Shown here piece by piece: positions 1 to 32,014 of a stretch of 64,000 nucleotides of DNA; position 1 is the stretch's first letter; each line of letters begins with the position of its first letter. A model generated the notes under the pieces. The model was not told where the DNA came from. It searched no databases and worked only from the letters and a program-made list of their open reading frames with translations. Source of the stretch: the human T2T-CHM13v2.0 reference genome, Homo sapiens. A program made the position numbers and the translations under genes. Location of the stretch: the NCBI RefSeq assembly GCF_009914755.1, contig NC_060946.1. One strand, 5' to 3'.

Positions 1-336
1 AAGGGCAGTGCAGAGGCATGAAGGCGAGAAAGCGTACACTGTGTTTTGTGGCCTGTCTGGGGTTCATTGTGCTGAAGTACGTGAGTGTCTGTGACAGACA
101 GATGGGGTGGTGTCAGTCATTATAATGAAGCTGGGGAGACGAAGAGGATCTGGATCCTGTAGGGCCTCGGGGAAGAAGTGTGGCCTTTATTCAGAAAGCA
201 TCAGGGAGACACGGGGGCGTTAAGCAGGGGAATGACATCCTGGCGCTTGCACGTTGGAGACACCCCTGGCTACTGCTAGGTGAATGGATTGGAGGAGGCC
301 ACAGCTGAGGCAGAATCGTCAGTGAGGAGGCTGATT

Positions 337-625
337 TTATTTTATTTTTAAGACAGGGTCTGGCTTTGTCATACAGGCGGGAGGGCTGTGATGTGATCTT
401 GGCTCACTGCAACCTCAGCCTCCCCGGCTCAGACAATCCTCAGCCTCCTGAGTAGCTGGGACTATAGGCATGCACCACTACACCTGGCTAATTTTTGTAT
501 TTTTTAGTAGAGATGGGTTTTTGCCATGTTGCCCAGGCTGGTCTTGAACTCCTGGGCTCAAGTGATCCTCCCACCTCCGCCTCCCAAAGTGCTGGGATTA
601 TAGGCATGAGACATTGCGCCTGGCC
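337..625 (-). mobile_element. AluJ-like element
   Basis: Antisense Alu consensus; TSD gaggctgatttta. Confidence 0.9.
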
Positions 626-925
626 AGAGGCTGATTTTAAATGTCCCTTCTCAGTGAAATCTTCCCTAGCTAACCTTTCTCACATTCTCTCTTTTTCTGT
701 CACTTATGTAACATTCTGGAGCTTGTCCTTACCTTTTTTTTTTTTTTTTGTCCTTTTTTTCATCTTTGTGAATGTCCATTCCATGGGAACAGGGTTTTCT
801 ATTTGTTTTGTTCACTGCTGTGTCCCTAGCGCCTGGCCCAGAGCCTGGTACATAGATGCTTGATAATTGTGTATTGGAAGGAAGGAAGGAAGGAGCTAGG
901 GCCACAGTCATGAGGATACAGATGA

Positions 926-1340
<415 letters not shown>

Positions 1341-2190
1341 CCGTTCCTGGCTCTTTGCATGGCTCACTGCACAGGATGGATTTGCAGATTTGGGGACTAA
1401 GGTCACATTCCGGAAGATGCTGGAAGGTGTCAGGACCAGCCCACGCCCCTCACCAGATGGTGGCATTCCCAGGAGGTGGCAGCCAGAGACGACTGAATAA
1501 ATGACTGATAAGCTCTCAGATCGAATTTAAGGGTGTAATTATGAAAGATCTTAAACAGCTGTTAGAATGAATCAACACCTCTGAATCTGGGAGAAAAGCT
1601 GCCAAACTGTTTGGTTTTGAATGGAAGTGCTTTTCTTCCCTTCTCTCTTGTGAGGCTTCAAGCTCAGTGGCTGTGTCCCCAGCACCAAGTACAGAACCTG
1701 GTGCTTGGGAGGGAGGCAGTGAGCATTGGCAGAAGTAGGGTCACAAGAGTGGACAAATGAATGCTTTCGAATGACTCCTGTTGAATTTCAGCACCTGTTG
1801 CTCTTGGGTGACCCCCTTCTCAGACAAATGATTTTTTTTCCTGCATGAAATAGCAGAAAATGGGAATCTTGCACTTTGCAAATTAAGCTTGGGGAGATCA
1901 AGCTTGTGGACTTGGCAAGTTCAGCAACAGTAGAGAAACACTCATTGCTAGCCCACTGCCTGGGGTCAGCCTGATGTCCCCTCTCTCACGGTCCTGCCAC
2001 AGCCTCCTGACCTTCCCAGATGGATGCCTTTGTTCTCCATCTGTTCACCGTGCTGCCCTCCATGATAATTTACATACATATGAAACTAGAGGTGGCTTAG
2101 ACTTGGTTTCCCTTCTTTCTCTGGGGAGGTCTTGTTGACTTGGCTTTGGTCATAATGGTCAGCTAATACACTGTTTAAAAAAGAGGCCGA

Positions 2191-3262
<1,072 letters not shown>

Positions 3263-4356
3263 TTATTAATTCATTCATTGACTCATTTGTGCAACTGTGT
3301 TTACATATCAGACATCTGCTAGGCATTTGCAATGGTAACTTGAGAGGCAGTTCAAGATACAAAGCAGATGACGGGTCACAGAGGCACTGTTTGGTGTAGA
3401 GGAGCGTGGACCAAGGGACTTAATTTATCTTGTCCTTCTCCTTTTACTTCCATGCAGTATAGTCCCTGAGGTGGGTTCAAGGTTCCCAAAGTGGGGTGAC
3501 ATTTGTGTACCATTGATCCTAATTCAGCAAACAGTTGCTCTTGGTGACTCTTTTCCCAGGAAAATCCATGCAGAGAAGCATTCATTCCACATTTGGGCAG
3601 GTGAGCTGGTGTGACAGTGTGAGGTTAATGTGGATGTAGCAGGTGCCTGCCCTCGGGGTGGAGCTCCTCTGTGTGGCCCAGTGAAACTGATAGAGGTCTT
3701 TGGGTGAGGGTTGGTAGATTGAGCCTCTGGCTTGTGAAACTGATAGGGGTCCCTGGGTGAGGATTGGTGGATTGAGCCTCTGGCTGAGCACTTCACAGCT
3801 TTTTGATTCTGTCATTCAGTAGCCACAGCCACAGCTAGAGTAACTCATCTTATGTCCCAGATTGCTTAGAGTCATTTGGCATGAGACTCATGGTATCTGG
3901 ACTTATTTAGCATCTTAGAGAGTGGGCAGCAGGGGCAGAAGAATATTTCTTCATTCATTTACTTATTAACTCAGCAATGATTTATTTCTCTATTCAGTAA
4001 TCATGTATCTGGTGCTTTTATGTGCCAGGCTGCTGTGCTAGCCACTAGGGATTTGGGGTGTCCTCTGGCGGGGCTTACCATTGAATGGGAGAGGCTGATG
4101 TGAAGGATGATGTCGTATTAAATGTAACAGTGTAGCTATGCTAAGTCCTGCCAAGCCTCCGAGTGTATGTGGTGCTCTGTGAACAGGTAGGAGGGGGTTG
4201 TACCGGGTTGAAGGGAGACAGAGATGTGTGAACTGTGGTCTGTGTCTGTGTGTGAGCAAGATGGTTGTCCCAGAGAACAGGCATAGCATGTGCAAAGGCC
4301 CTGAGGAGGCATTTGGAGGGCTTCAAAGAGGTACAATGTCCAAATACCGCTAATGT

Positions 4357-4462
4357 AGCTACCAAGTGAAGCACATCACTTGGTAGCAGCTACCAAGTGA
4401 AGCACATCACTTGGTAGCAGCTACCAAGTGAAGCACATCACTTGGTAGCAGCTACCAAGTGA
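4357..4462. repeat. Palindromic tandem repeat, 3.4 x 31 bp (AGCTACCAAGTGAAGCACATCACTTGGTAGC)
   Basis: Perfect copies at 4357, 4388 and 4419, partial copy at 4450; each unit contains a 12-bp inverted repeat. Confidence 0.95.
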
Positions 4463-4931
4463 GTCAGCACCTCGAATGCTCAGTAGCTACCTCCTCTAAG
4501 TCAAGTGAGTTATGCAGGACCACCAGTTCCAATTCTAGGCAATCAGTCCTATTTGCCCCCACATCCTGCATTTAAAAAGTGACATTTGTTACCCAGTTGT
4601 AATTGCTTGTGTGTGTATGTGTGTTTCTTACAGAAGACTGTGAGTTGCATGGTTGCAGGGGATGTTTCATGCTCATCTTTGTACACACCGTAGGTGCTTA
4701 ATAAATGTATCAGAGAACAGGGAAGATTTTTATTGAGCACGTACTGTGGGCTCAGCACTATTTATGCACACGTACATATAAGGCTACAAAATCGAAAAGC
4801 CAAAAGGAGCATACGTTTTACAAGCTGGAGTAGATGCCAGCGGATGCATTTGGAGCTTGAAAGCTTTTGTGCCGTCTGTTCCCATACTGCCAGAACTCCG
4901 GAACTGAGGCTGTCATCCTGTGTCTCCTTAG

Positions 4932-5083
4932 ACCTGCTGAAACTCAGCCTGCTGGGACGAGTCTTCTTTCCCCCTTCTTGTTTCTGCCATGGAAGTGTGT
5001 GGACAGCCCCATTCATGATGACATGTGACACTACTGGCTTTTCCCGGCAGTCACACCCCCTGACCCAGGGCCTGCCAGCTTGG
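4932..5083 (+). other. KIAA1671: Predicted non-coding (5'UTR) exon of KIAA1671, 152 nt
   Basis: Pyrimidine-rich acceptor ctgtcatcctgtgtctccttAG (AG 4930-4931) and consensus donor TGG|GTAAGT (GT 5084) bracket unique sequence about 2.2 kb upstream of the ATG exon. Confidence 0.7.
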
Positions 5084-5747
5084 GTAAGTGGGGCCCATGC
5101 TTGACCCAAGCTTGAGGGCTGGAGTGTCCAAGGGCATGGAGAGTGCCTGTGAGTTCTGCCAGAGAATTTTCTCTCTGTCCTTTGAATCCTGTCATTGTTC
5201 TGTGTCTCATGTCCTGGCTATTACATATGTATCCTCAATCAGGGTTTCCAGAGGTCACAGCTGCTCTCCCAAAAGGCCAATGGCCCTGATTCTGGGTGGG
5301 ATTCTGGAGCCTTAGAACTCTGGTTGGGATCTTTGTGTATGGAAATTCTCCAATTCTCAGATTCTTCATATCTGTCCCTCCATTCTACCTCTAACCGTGT
5401 CTAGACAGTGTTCTCCAGTTTGGGGAGATGGAATCTGTTAGCACCATCGAGCGTGTAAGGAAGAGAAAATATCAAAATCTGTCTGCCTTTCTTTCCTGGA
5501 GGCTGCTGAGTGAGTCAGAGCCGGGGGAGCAGTGTGGGGCCCCAAGGAAGGGAAGTGGAGAGGCTTGTGTTTAACTAAAATACCTTCTACTTTTTTAGTC
5601 CATCTAGGTGGGGGCTGGCTGGGGGCAGTTTCACAGGGAAGAAAACACTGGCATGAAGAGAGCCTGGGGGATCGAGAACAGCAACTTACCTGGCACTTTT
5701 TAAGACCAGAAAGGAATAAAAAATAATTTTTAAAAAGACAGAGCTGA

Positions 5748-6043
<296 letters not shown>

Positions 6044-7115
6044 ACAGAGCTAAGTGGGTGGTGGACTTGAGGTTAGGTTTCAGCTGGGTGATCGTAGGCA
6101 AGTCTGGCGACCTCTCTGGGCCCTTTCCCTTCATCTCCATGAGGGAGATAACGATCATTCCTTCATTCTTGACTTTTGGAGTTGCTGGAGGGTTAATGAG
6201 AGAGGAGGTCCCCTGCTTTGCGAAAACAGATCTCATAGCAGGGTGAACAAGAGGCTTATGCCCCAAGCTACTACAAAATGGGGTCTCCTAATTGTACCCA
6301 CTAAATAGGGTTGTGAGGAGGATGAGATGTATAAAACACAAGAAGCATGTGGCATAGCTCGAGATCTCACTCATGGGAAGACCTCACTGTTGGGCGTTTC
6401 TCTTTCTATTAAGAGTATGAAGGCAGTCAGCATAATATGCGTGTTCAACAGAAAAGAACCACAAAGCAAACAAATAATGAAAGCAGGTTGAGTGAGAAAA
6501 ATGAGAATGGCTTCTTTTTATGGCATCTGGAAGGGTGGGGGAGGGGAAAGAAAAGGGACAAAGGGATGATTGGGTGGGGTTGGTGCCTAGGGCATGGGTT
6601 CCAAGGTCACTAACCAGCTTTGTGCTCCCAGGCACTCCTGAGCTGCATTGCTGTGTGACCTGCAGCAGGTTACTTGCCTTCTCTGTGCTAGATGCTTAGC
6701 ACACACTTGTGATTAGGATCACCTGGGATGTGGGCAGGCTCTGCAGTGGGAAAACAGGGTAACAGGAGTGAGGGAATGTGAGGACGCTCCCACTGAGGCC
6801 TATTCAGGGAGGAGCATGTGTGGTGTGAATTTGGTGTCAAACCTGGTTTTAAGTCCTGACTTCGCCTCTTGCTTCCTGGGTGACTCCAGTTACTTGGCCT
6901 CTCTGAGCTGGTTTCCTTATCTGTGTAGCAGAGATCACTGCTTTTTGCCATTAAGTGCTGGCCTCTAGATTAGCTGTCAGGGGAAAGTCCTCCAGAGCGT
7001 TGATGCCTTTTCTACACCCTTGGAGCTGGAACGAACTTCAGGGATGGGCGTTTAGTCCACTCCCCTCGTCCAGAGCTCAGAGACGGGGAGAGGCAGGCCC
7101 AAGCCTGCCGGGTGA

Positions 7116-8840
<1,725 letters not shown>

Positions 8841-9309
8841 TAAGTAGGCACATCCCACACCCCTCTCTCAGCCGCCCACCCACACACCCTGAGGAAGACG
8901 GAACCAGGCTCCATGCTGGGCACTTGTCACCCCCCCTCAGTTTACCCATAGCCCAAGAGGAGGTAGTGGCAGTGTCCATTTCTCAGATGAGAAAGGTGAG
9001 GTGCGGAGAGGCAGTGCAGCTCTCCTCTGGGTATGGCCAGCCGGGGGGCCCGGAGCCCAATTTTCATGGCTTTTCTCAGCTTCAGATGTAGTGTGTGAGT
9101 GAAGTGGGCGGTATGTGCCCATTTCATGGAGGCAGGGCAGAAGGGTGAAATACTGTGGGGAGGTGGGAGCTGGATGGCATTCCAGCTCAGCCTGTCTCCA
9201 TAGCTAAGCCTTTCTTCCCTGAAGTCAGAGAGAGAACGCTTAAGATTGGGCCTAAGCCTTTATGAGTGGCCCAAAAAATAAACTCAGAGGAGTCAAGGTA
9301 ACTTGGGCT

Positions 9310-10006
<697 letters not shown>

Positions 10007-10224
10007 AACTTGGCCCACTTCCGACATCTCTTCTTTGTTTTCCCACAAGTGGCCACAACAGAGAGATGCCACTCGGCATGATCGACTGGCTCTTAATGGC
10101 ATGCATGCCACTGACATACTTTGTCCAGGGTGGAGCTTGCAAAGGCAGGATCTCTGGGCAGACTGCCCTCCCGGCCCTGGGAACCAGGACAGCCAGCCAA
10201 GCCAAAGCTAGACCACTGGCCCTC

Positions 10225-10995
<771 letters not shown>

Positions 10996-11839
10996 ATTAA
11001 GATATCAGAGAAGGACACCTATGCCACGGTCCTAATATGCTTCCTCTCACTATGTCATGGAAGAGCCTTGGAGAGGCCGTGTGATTATCCCCATCTGACA
11101 GGTGGGGAAACTGAGGCTCTGAGTTTAGACAGAACTCCTCTCAGCCTCACATATCCCAGGAGACAGACCCTGGGTTGCTGAGTATGGGTTAAGTTTAAGT
11201 GGTTTGATTTCTCTCCCTTTCCTTTTCTTCAGTCCCCAGCTTTGAACTAAACACGTGCTACATCTTCAGGTATTTACACCAGAATGCTCTCCAGAGATGG
11301 AAAGATTCTAGCTCCACACCCTCTTCCCTTTTTGAGGTGGGGAAAACGAGGCCCAAAGAGGGCCCTGGTGATCCAGAGAGGCAGAGACAGACCTGGGCCC
11401 CCACACATTCCCTGACAGCCCACTACCCTTCAGTCTGGGGGCTGCTCTGAGGTGGGGCTGCTGTTTTACCTGGCACTGCTAACAACAGCCATTCATTATC
11501 CCTCCTGGGGCATCTTCACTCTTCCCTAAACGCCCTCACGTAGCTATTAGGGCCTTGAGTAGCCTCTTATCTGCCCCATAAAAGGGATGGGGAGGTGTTA
11601 ATTATCCCTGTTTTATAGATGAAGAAACAGAGGCTCAGGTGAGGTCACAAGCCTAAACCAAGCTCCCCCAGTGAAGAGGCAGTAGAGCTGGGACTAGCAC
11701 CTGGGTGTCTTCCCCCAGCTGGGGCTCCTCCACCCCAGTAATGCTGTGTTTGAGGTAGGCTCTCCCCACTGGGCAGTTCTCCTTTTGGTAAGTGGAAAGG
11801 AAATGTCCTTTCTGAAGGTTACTTGGCCTGGCCTCCTGA

Positions 11840-12067
<228 letters not shown>

Positions 12068-12399
12068 TGATCTTCTAGGCCCCAGGAAGACTCAGAAACA
12101 TGTCATGCACACGATAAAACATTTTTTCTTCTAATGTTGGGACTTTGAAGTCCCTTTTGGCATGAAGAGTTGTGATTCCCTACTCCCAGGTGTTAAATGC
12201 TGTTTACAAATGTTATCAGGCATTTTTTTTCTTCGCAAAGAGGCAGAGGGGCATGGCTTTCTTATATAGGAGTGCCTGCTTTGTTAAAATACTAAAATTT
12301 AGGTTTAAGATGTTAATAGAAACTCCTTCAAGGTCCTTCATAGTGGTTCTTATTGCCTTCCCCTTACTTACCACCTAGCCATAGAAGGAAGAAGTAGGT

Positions 12400-17600
<5,201 letters not shown>

Positions 17601-17887
17601 GGATCTGCCTCTTTCTGTGGTAACAAATGCCTGTGCAGTAGTCCATCGTTTGGAGATAATTGAAATTTAGCCAATGCTTTTCCAGTGAGCATTCAGGTTG
17701 TTTCTGTGTTCTTTTGCTTGCACCAACGGTGCTGTCTCAACTTTCTTGTTTGTGTAGGCTTGTGCATGTGGACAAAGTCCTGGGAGGAACTTGGCCGGAT
17801 AAAAGGAAATGAGTATTTTAACATCAGGATAGATACATTGCTTTGCCCAAAGTCGGGTTCATTTATGTTCTCTCCAACAGTATCTGA

Positions 17888-20872
<2,985 letters not shown>

Positions 20873-21034
20873 TAGTCTAGGGGGCCGAAACTCAGATTTT
20901 GTGTGGCCCACTTTGGGTACATAAATGAGTGGAGTCAGGCTGGGTATGAGGCTCCAGGGAGGGGTATGGATTGTGGCAAATGGAGAGCTCATGCCCTATC
21001 TGAACTGGACAACTGCTGCTTGGTCCCACCTGGT

Positions 21035-22071
<1,037 letters not shown>

Positions 22072-24177
22072 TGTAAGCACTTTTTAAGGGGGTGATCCCA
22101 GGAAGAACCAGTAGGGGAGAGAAGAAGTGAGGCAGGTGCTACAGGGGCCATGGTTGGCCACAGAGGCACATCTCACTGGGGACCCCGGGAGGCAGCATGG
22201 AACACCTCTGAAGTTGTCATGTCCAGGGGTCAAGGGACCTGGAGTATGTATTTTCCAATCCCTCTGTCCTTGCCTGAGGCTGTTTGTGGGGTCATGAACA
22301 TTCAGACTTTTCCATCCTGGCTGGCACCATGCACAGCAGAAGAAAGAAAATCTGGCTTCCTTTGTTCAGTGAAGAACAGAGAGAAAGAGAAGAATGGATG
22401 GCAGGGTGGGGGGTGGGGAGGAAAGGAGGAAGGGATCACTTTAATTACAAGCACACCCTTTTGGGGGTACATAAGCAGAATAGCTGTGAAGAAACCCTCA
22501 CCCAAATAAGCCACTTTGTTTTTAACACACACACACAAATTCAAATCTACCCAAATATCTATCAGTGAGGCTCTAGGGTGTTGGCAGAGGGCCCCTTCTC
22601 TTGATCTTTGGCATATACCTGAGTGTTGGGCAGAGTGCTGACACTACCTACTGCTGTGTGATCATCTTCCTGTACAGATGGGGGGAAAAAAACAGAGGCT
22701 CAGAGAGGTGAAATAACTTGTCCCAGGTCACACAGCAGTAAGTAACAAAACTGGTATTTGAACCCAAATCTGGCCTTAATTACCCAACTGGGCCATATTC
22801 TAGGAGACCATTCTGGTGAAGAACCACGAAGGTGGGGAAGAAATCTGAGGCATAAGGACCACCCTTTGAAGCTTCTGATCTCTGTGGGGAGATGGGCCAT
22901 TGTGATCCAAGACTGGGGAGTGATGGGGTGCAGAGGGAGGCACTGGAGAGGTGGCCCAAGGTGTCCTGGAGGAGTCGGTGGTCTCAGCCCAAGCTTGAGG
23001 GTTGGCCATGCTTTTGGGTGGGCTGATGAGGGGAGGTGAGGGCATTCTCAGCAGGGCACAGCATGGACAAAGGTTTGGAGGTGGGAAGAGCGTAGAATGT
23101 TGTGGGGGACATGTGGAAATGGACTTAGCACCGCCCTGTGTGATGTGGCATCAGCAAATCAGGCCACAGATTCTTCCTTTGCCACTTGCAGCTGAGTGAT
23201 ACAGGGCAAAACCTTTCACCTCCCTGCACCCGAGTTTTCTTGTCTGTAAAAGGGACTAGGTGGCCAGTCTGGAAGTGGATGCTGCAGAAAGGAAACTCTA
23301 GGATACAGTCAGTAATGATCATGCGGTGAGGATTTGCCTTCAGTTAAGAGTGGGTAAGTGATGGAGTCAGGCTTTGAACCCATGTCTGTTCCCAAGAGGC
23401 CAAGCTCTCCAACCACCATGTGCAGGATCACGCAGACTTGGCATCTGAATCTCCACGCTGCTACTTGCCTGCTGTGTGTAAAGCAGCCTCTTGGCCTCTC
23501 CTGGCCTCAGTTGCCATGCCAGAGTTAACAGGGATTCCTGCCCCAAAGCACTGTTATTAGACTGAATTGAAATAAAGCACCGAACTTGGGCCATCCCCGT
23601 GTGCTTCCTGAGAAGGGTTTCATCTGTCCCTACCTGCAGGCTGATGTTGTGGTAACAGTGGAAGAAGGAAGAGGCCAAGGAAATGCGACACTTATGTTTG
23701 CCAGCACCTTGCTCAGGGCCCGCTGGTGGTGGGGGAGTCGGGATGTTGTGGAGGGGGGATCCTGGGCTCAGCTCTGTCCCGCAGCCCAGCCTTGGATGCC
23801 TGCCTGGAGCACGCAGGCCCCAGCAGTGCTGGTTGTCAGGGGATCTGTTTTCTCACCACGGGATTGGGAAGCCTTGGACCAGCTTCCCGTTTCTCTCTTG
23901 TCTCCTGCCAAAAGATCTTTGGTTCTTTGATCTTAAAAAAAAAAATAAAAACACACCAATACAGAAGGAAAAAATGTTGGTTGTTAAAATTTTGAACCTT
24001 ACAGGGGTATAGAAAATAAAAGGTGAGTGTTCCCCCAGAGGCAGCCACCATTACATTGTTTATGTCCTTTCGGACTTTCCTATATTGACAGTCACTTATC
24101 AATCATATATATATGCATAATTGTCATGCTTTTCATATTGCAACAGTAGCGAATGCTTGCGTAAAATGTGAAATACT

Positions 24178-24786
<609 letters not shown>

Positions 24787-24894
24787 GTCTAGACACAGAC
24801 ATAGATAAAGGTAAATGCATAGACTTAGATATAGGTAAATACATAAGCTTTCTATGGAAAACTACAACAGTCTATAGAAAATCTTGTGGCTTAC

Positions 24895-27081
<2,187 letters not shown>

Positions 27082-28182
27082 TAATGGTACCCTTTAAAGC
27101 ACAAAAGTTTTTAATTTTGAAGAAGTCTATTTTATTTATTGTTCTTTTGTTGTTTATGCCTTTGGTATCATATTTAAGAAATCACTGCCTAAGCCTAGCT
27201 CTTGAAGATTTACACCTCTATTTTCTTCTAAGAGTTTTCTAGCTTTAGCTCTTACATTTAGGTCTTTGATCTATTTCAAGTTGATTTTGGTATATAGTAT
27301 GTCAGATTTGCAGCATGTTTTGCAGGTAGAGTCTCAGCTTTGCTGATGCAGTGGAGAAAAGTGGGAGAGAATGGGGAGGAGAATGGAGGGCAACCCGAAG
27401 GTCTTGGCCTCCCCAGCTGGGGGATGGATGGGCAAGGTGTGGGAGGAGCAACTGTGGAGAGATGGAATCAAGACGCATGTTTTGAGCACGTGGATCTGAG
27501 ATGAGTGTGAGCTTCCAAGAGATGTTGAGTGAGCAGTGGGATCTCCGAGTCTGGAGTTCCAACACTGAGAAACAGAATTGGCAGGCATCTGGGTGTAGAT
27601 GGGATTTATTTAAAGCCATGGGGGGCGTGAAGAGAGATCCCAGAGGGAATGATGTAGCAAAAGGAGAAATGGCTCTGCGGCTGGCCTGGGACATGTGGGG
27701 ACACTGATCAAAAAGAGCCAGGGGGTTAGGAGGAAAACCAGAGGGTCTCTGAAGGCATCCAGAAAAGAGGCTGTGAGGGAAGGGATTAGAAATCCAGTCT
27801 TCCTCTTCCTGGTGCTGTGTGTTCTTAAGCAGCTCCCTCCCATCTCTGGGCCTTTGTTTCCTTGTCCACGCAGGGAGAGTGTGAAGCATATAAAATATGC
27901 ATCCTGGAGTCCTGGCCTGTGAATGTTTCCCCTATATATAACTAAGTGGAAAAAAACAGCAGGATTCCAAGTAGATGTACTGGAGGTGCTGTGCTGTTCA
28001 TGCACCGTTTCTCTGTGTCTATGCATGTGTGTTTGGGTGCATAAAGAGATGATTAAAATAAGGTCACCAAGAATGACCACTGGCAGTAATGAGGCCAGCC
28101 AGCATTTATGGAGGGCTCCCCAGGTGCCAGGGATGGAGGAGGCTAGGGTAAGCCAAGCCAGGTGCCCAGGACTTGTGCACGT

Positions 28183-28197
28183 CTGCCCCCTGGTGGC
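28183..28197 (-). promoter_or_regulatory. CTCF motif GCCACCAGGGGGCAG
   Basis: Exact match to the CCASYAGRKGGCRS core on the - strand. Confidence 0.6.
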
Positions 28198-28315
28198 TAT
28201 ACTGCATCATGTACATTCCATGTGCTGTTTCTTAGCGCCTAGAAGCTGGGTGCTGTCATCATGGGGTTCCTTTCCCAGATAGTTGAGGCTCAGAGAGGTT
28301 GAGGCACCCACCTGA

Positions 28316-28918
<603 letters not shown>

Positions 28919-31900
28919 TAAGGGAACATAGACTGGTGTTGGAAAGTCCTGGGTTCCAATCCCAGCACGGTCTCCTGTCAACCTCTTTGAGATTTTGAGC
29001 AATTTACTTAATTTCGCTGCACTTCAGTTTCTTCACCTGGAAAACAGGATCTTGATTCCTATCTAGCTGTGTTGCGAGGATGGAATAAAAGTGTGTGTGG
29101 GGCCCAGCACGTCATAACACATTTAGGAACTGACAGTTATGGTGATAACAGGAGGCAGCAGAAAGCTGGTTCCAGAGCCAGATTGCCTGGGTTCAAGTCC
29201 CGGATCTGCATACATTCACGTGTGACCTTGGGCTGGCCTCTGGCTTCAGTTTCCTCATCTGTAGAATGGGGATAATAATAGTATCTACTTTACAGGGCTG
29301 ATGTGGGGCTCAGATGAGAGAATTCATGAAGTGCTTAGCATGCTTCTGGGTACATAGCAAACAATAAGTGTCATCGTCACATAATTATTACTCTTGCTGT
29401 TACTGGTACGACTGTCCTTGTTTTCAAGTCTCCCTCTGGCTCTTGCTTATCTCTGTGTCCTTGTGCCCTCTTCCCCCTCATCCTGTTTCCTTACTTGTGA
29501 AAGGAGGTGAGTACACACTGAGCAGGCCCCAGGGACAGCTGTCCCATTCAGAGCTTCAGTGTGCCCACATGGGTTCCAGGGCTTCGCCACCTCCAGTGAG
29601 TTTCTTTTCGGACTTTAGTTCCATGCTGTTTGGAGTTTTGCACTTGCTCATGAAGCCCCTTTCCGGCCCAGGTCCTATACAGGGGCATCGAAGACAGGGC
29701 TCCTAAGGCAGCGACACTTCTGCCCACAAAGGCCTCTTTGGTTGCTCAGCTCCACAAGCTTCAGGGATACCTGGGCCTGGTCTCACGTTTTGGAGACATA
29801 TGATTTTGTGCTGAAGCTCCATTGAGAGTCCATCCCTTCCAGTTTTATGGCCACAGGCAAGAAACTTTGCTTTCCTGAACCTCAGTTTCCACTTCTGTAA
29901 AATGGGGGTAAAGAAGATACCCTGGCATGGTTTGTGCTAGGAGTGATGCAGAACAGCCACAACGTGAGCCCGACTGTGGGGCTGAGGGAGACGGGCCGGG
30001 GAGGAACTCAGATCCCAGCTAGGTGTTTACTGAGCAGCCCAGGAATTTTCCTCGAGGATCCAGATCCTAGCCAAAGATTCACACACATTTGAAACCTGCC
30101 TGGATTTTTTGATAAACATTCCCTTCCATTGACTTCTTTCTCAGCTATTTCTCCAGTCCCTCTCAGATAGCTCTGACTTAGCTTATCTGATTGTACTTGA
30201 ACTTTTATGAGTGTGTGTGTGAAGACAAAGGTGATGGGAGAGAAGCATTTTAAACCTGTCTTTTTAGAGTCTGCTTGCTGGCATCCTCCTTGGCCGTCCT
30301 GCTCCTCCTCTTTCACTCTCTGTCATTGAAGAGCTTTTGTCCTTGGAGTCCTCGGGCAGCTTGCCTTGGCTCTTTCCTTCTGGCCTCTGAGGCCCCTGCC
30401 CCACTCTTGCCTGCTTGATTTCCTCTCCTCAGAGGTAGGTGGGTGGAGGGACTTAGCATGAACCGGAGAGTGCTGGGGCCTCAGACCTCATTTCCCTGCT
30501 TTTGGGACTCATACCTGCAATTCTGGGGAGTGGCCACAAGGAGGAGGTGGTGTTCAGCTCCTATCCTGGTGCCTCCAACAGCCCATCCTAGAGGGACCTT
30601 TTAGTATTGGGCTCTGGAGGCTGAAAGAAGTGGCTTTAAGTTCCAACTCTGCCACTGTGTGACCTTGGGCAAGTGACTTCATGGACGTCACTAAATATCA
30701 GTTTTTTCTTCTGTAAGATAAGGATAGTTCTCTATGACCTCAAGAGTATTTTTGTGAGTAGTAAATGAGATCACCCAGCACATAGTAAATTCTCAATGTC
30801 TCAACTGCAGTGGTAGCTTTTGCTTCTTTCTCCCTCTTCCCTTCCTCCTTTCCTGATCCTTTCCATCTCTTCTACTTTCCCTTCCCTTTCTCATCCTCCT
30901 CCTCCCCTTCCTCTCCTCTGCTTTTTTTCTCACCTGTCCAATTCTCTTTTTATAAAAGGGGAAAGTGAAGCCAGGAGAGAGGACCTGACTTAACCAGGGT
31001 GACCCAGCAGAGGAGGGCTGGGGTCCTGAGCCCCTGGTGGCTGTCCCTGCTCCTCTGGAAATTGGTCATACATGCATTTTGTGTCTCATGAGGTGTTTGA
31101 AGGGATTCACTGTGTCTGCTATGATTCCCATCACTGCTTTGATGAATGACTTTGTGCTGTTATTTTCCCATTTAAGTTCATGTTCATCTTCATTTTTTGA
31201 GCCTCTCAGGCCTTGCCAATTCCTACTTCAGCCTCATGTTAGTGACCATGAATCCTATTTTGCAGAGCAGGAAAGTGAGGCTCAGAATGCTTCAGCCCCT
31301 TGCCCAAGGCCACACAGCTGCTGGGGGAGCTGGAATGGAAACGGGGCCTATCTCACTCCAGCCTTGGCCCCAGGCCCTTCCCGCCATGGGCCTGTGCTTT
31401 TGGCCTATGGCCAACCCCTGCCAGCCCCTGCCAGCTCCTCTCTCTCCTGGGCCTGCAGCACTCCGTGCATTAGCTACATGAGGAAACAAGACACCCTGAG
31501 CCCTGGGACTCCTCCTGGAGCTGAGAATGTGATATTTGCTCAGCCCGGGGTTGGCCATCAGCTGCTGTGCTGCTGCTGTCTTGCAGAGGGTGCCTGGGAC
31601 CTGCCAGGCCAATGCCCTGCTGATTTGCATAGCCCTGCCCATGGTTGCTGAACTACAGACCCTGCCACTTGCTAGAGGCCTTGAGCAAGTGAGTTTACCA
31701 CTCAGGGCCTCACTTTTCCTCCTCTATAAAGTGGATAGTGATAGCAATAACAAAGCCTAACACTTACTATCGTTACATGTCATGTAGATACTGCTATTAT
31801 TTCCACTTCACAGATGGGCAAACTGAGGCTCAGAGCCATTAAGTGTCTCTTCCAAGTTCTGGGTCTGCAGTCCATGCTCTTAAGTGTCTGCTGAACTTTC

Positions 31901-32014
31901 CACTCGTCTTACGTGGTAGCCCGGTGGGAGGACAGAGCCCAAATGAGATGATGCTTACAAAGCTCTTAGCACAGTGCCTGACACCGAGAAATGGCTTCAC
32001 AAATCATAGCAGCT

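Noticed and set aside
4357-4462. Palindromic repeat as a CRISPR repeat or pre-miRNA
   Set aside because: Loops are identical rather than variable spacers, and nothing in the sequence alone supports a miRNA call.
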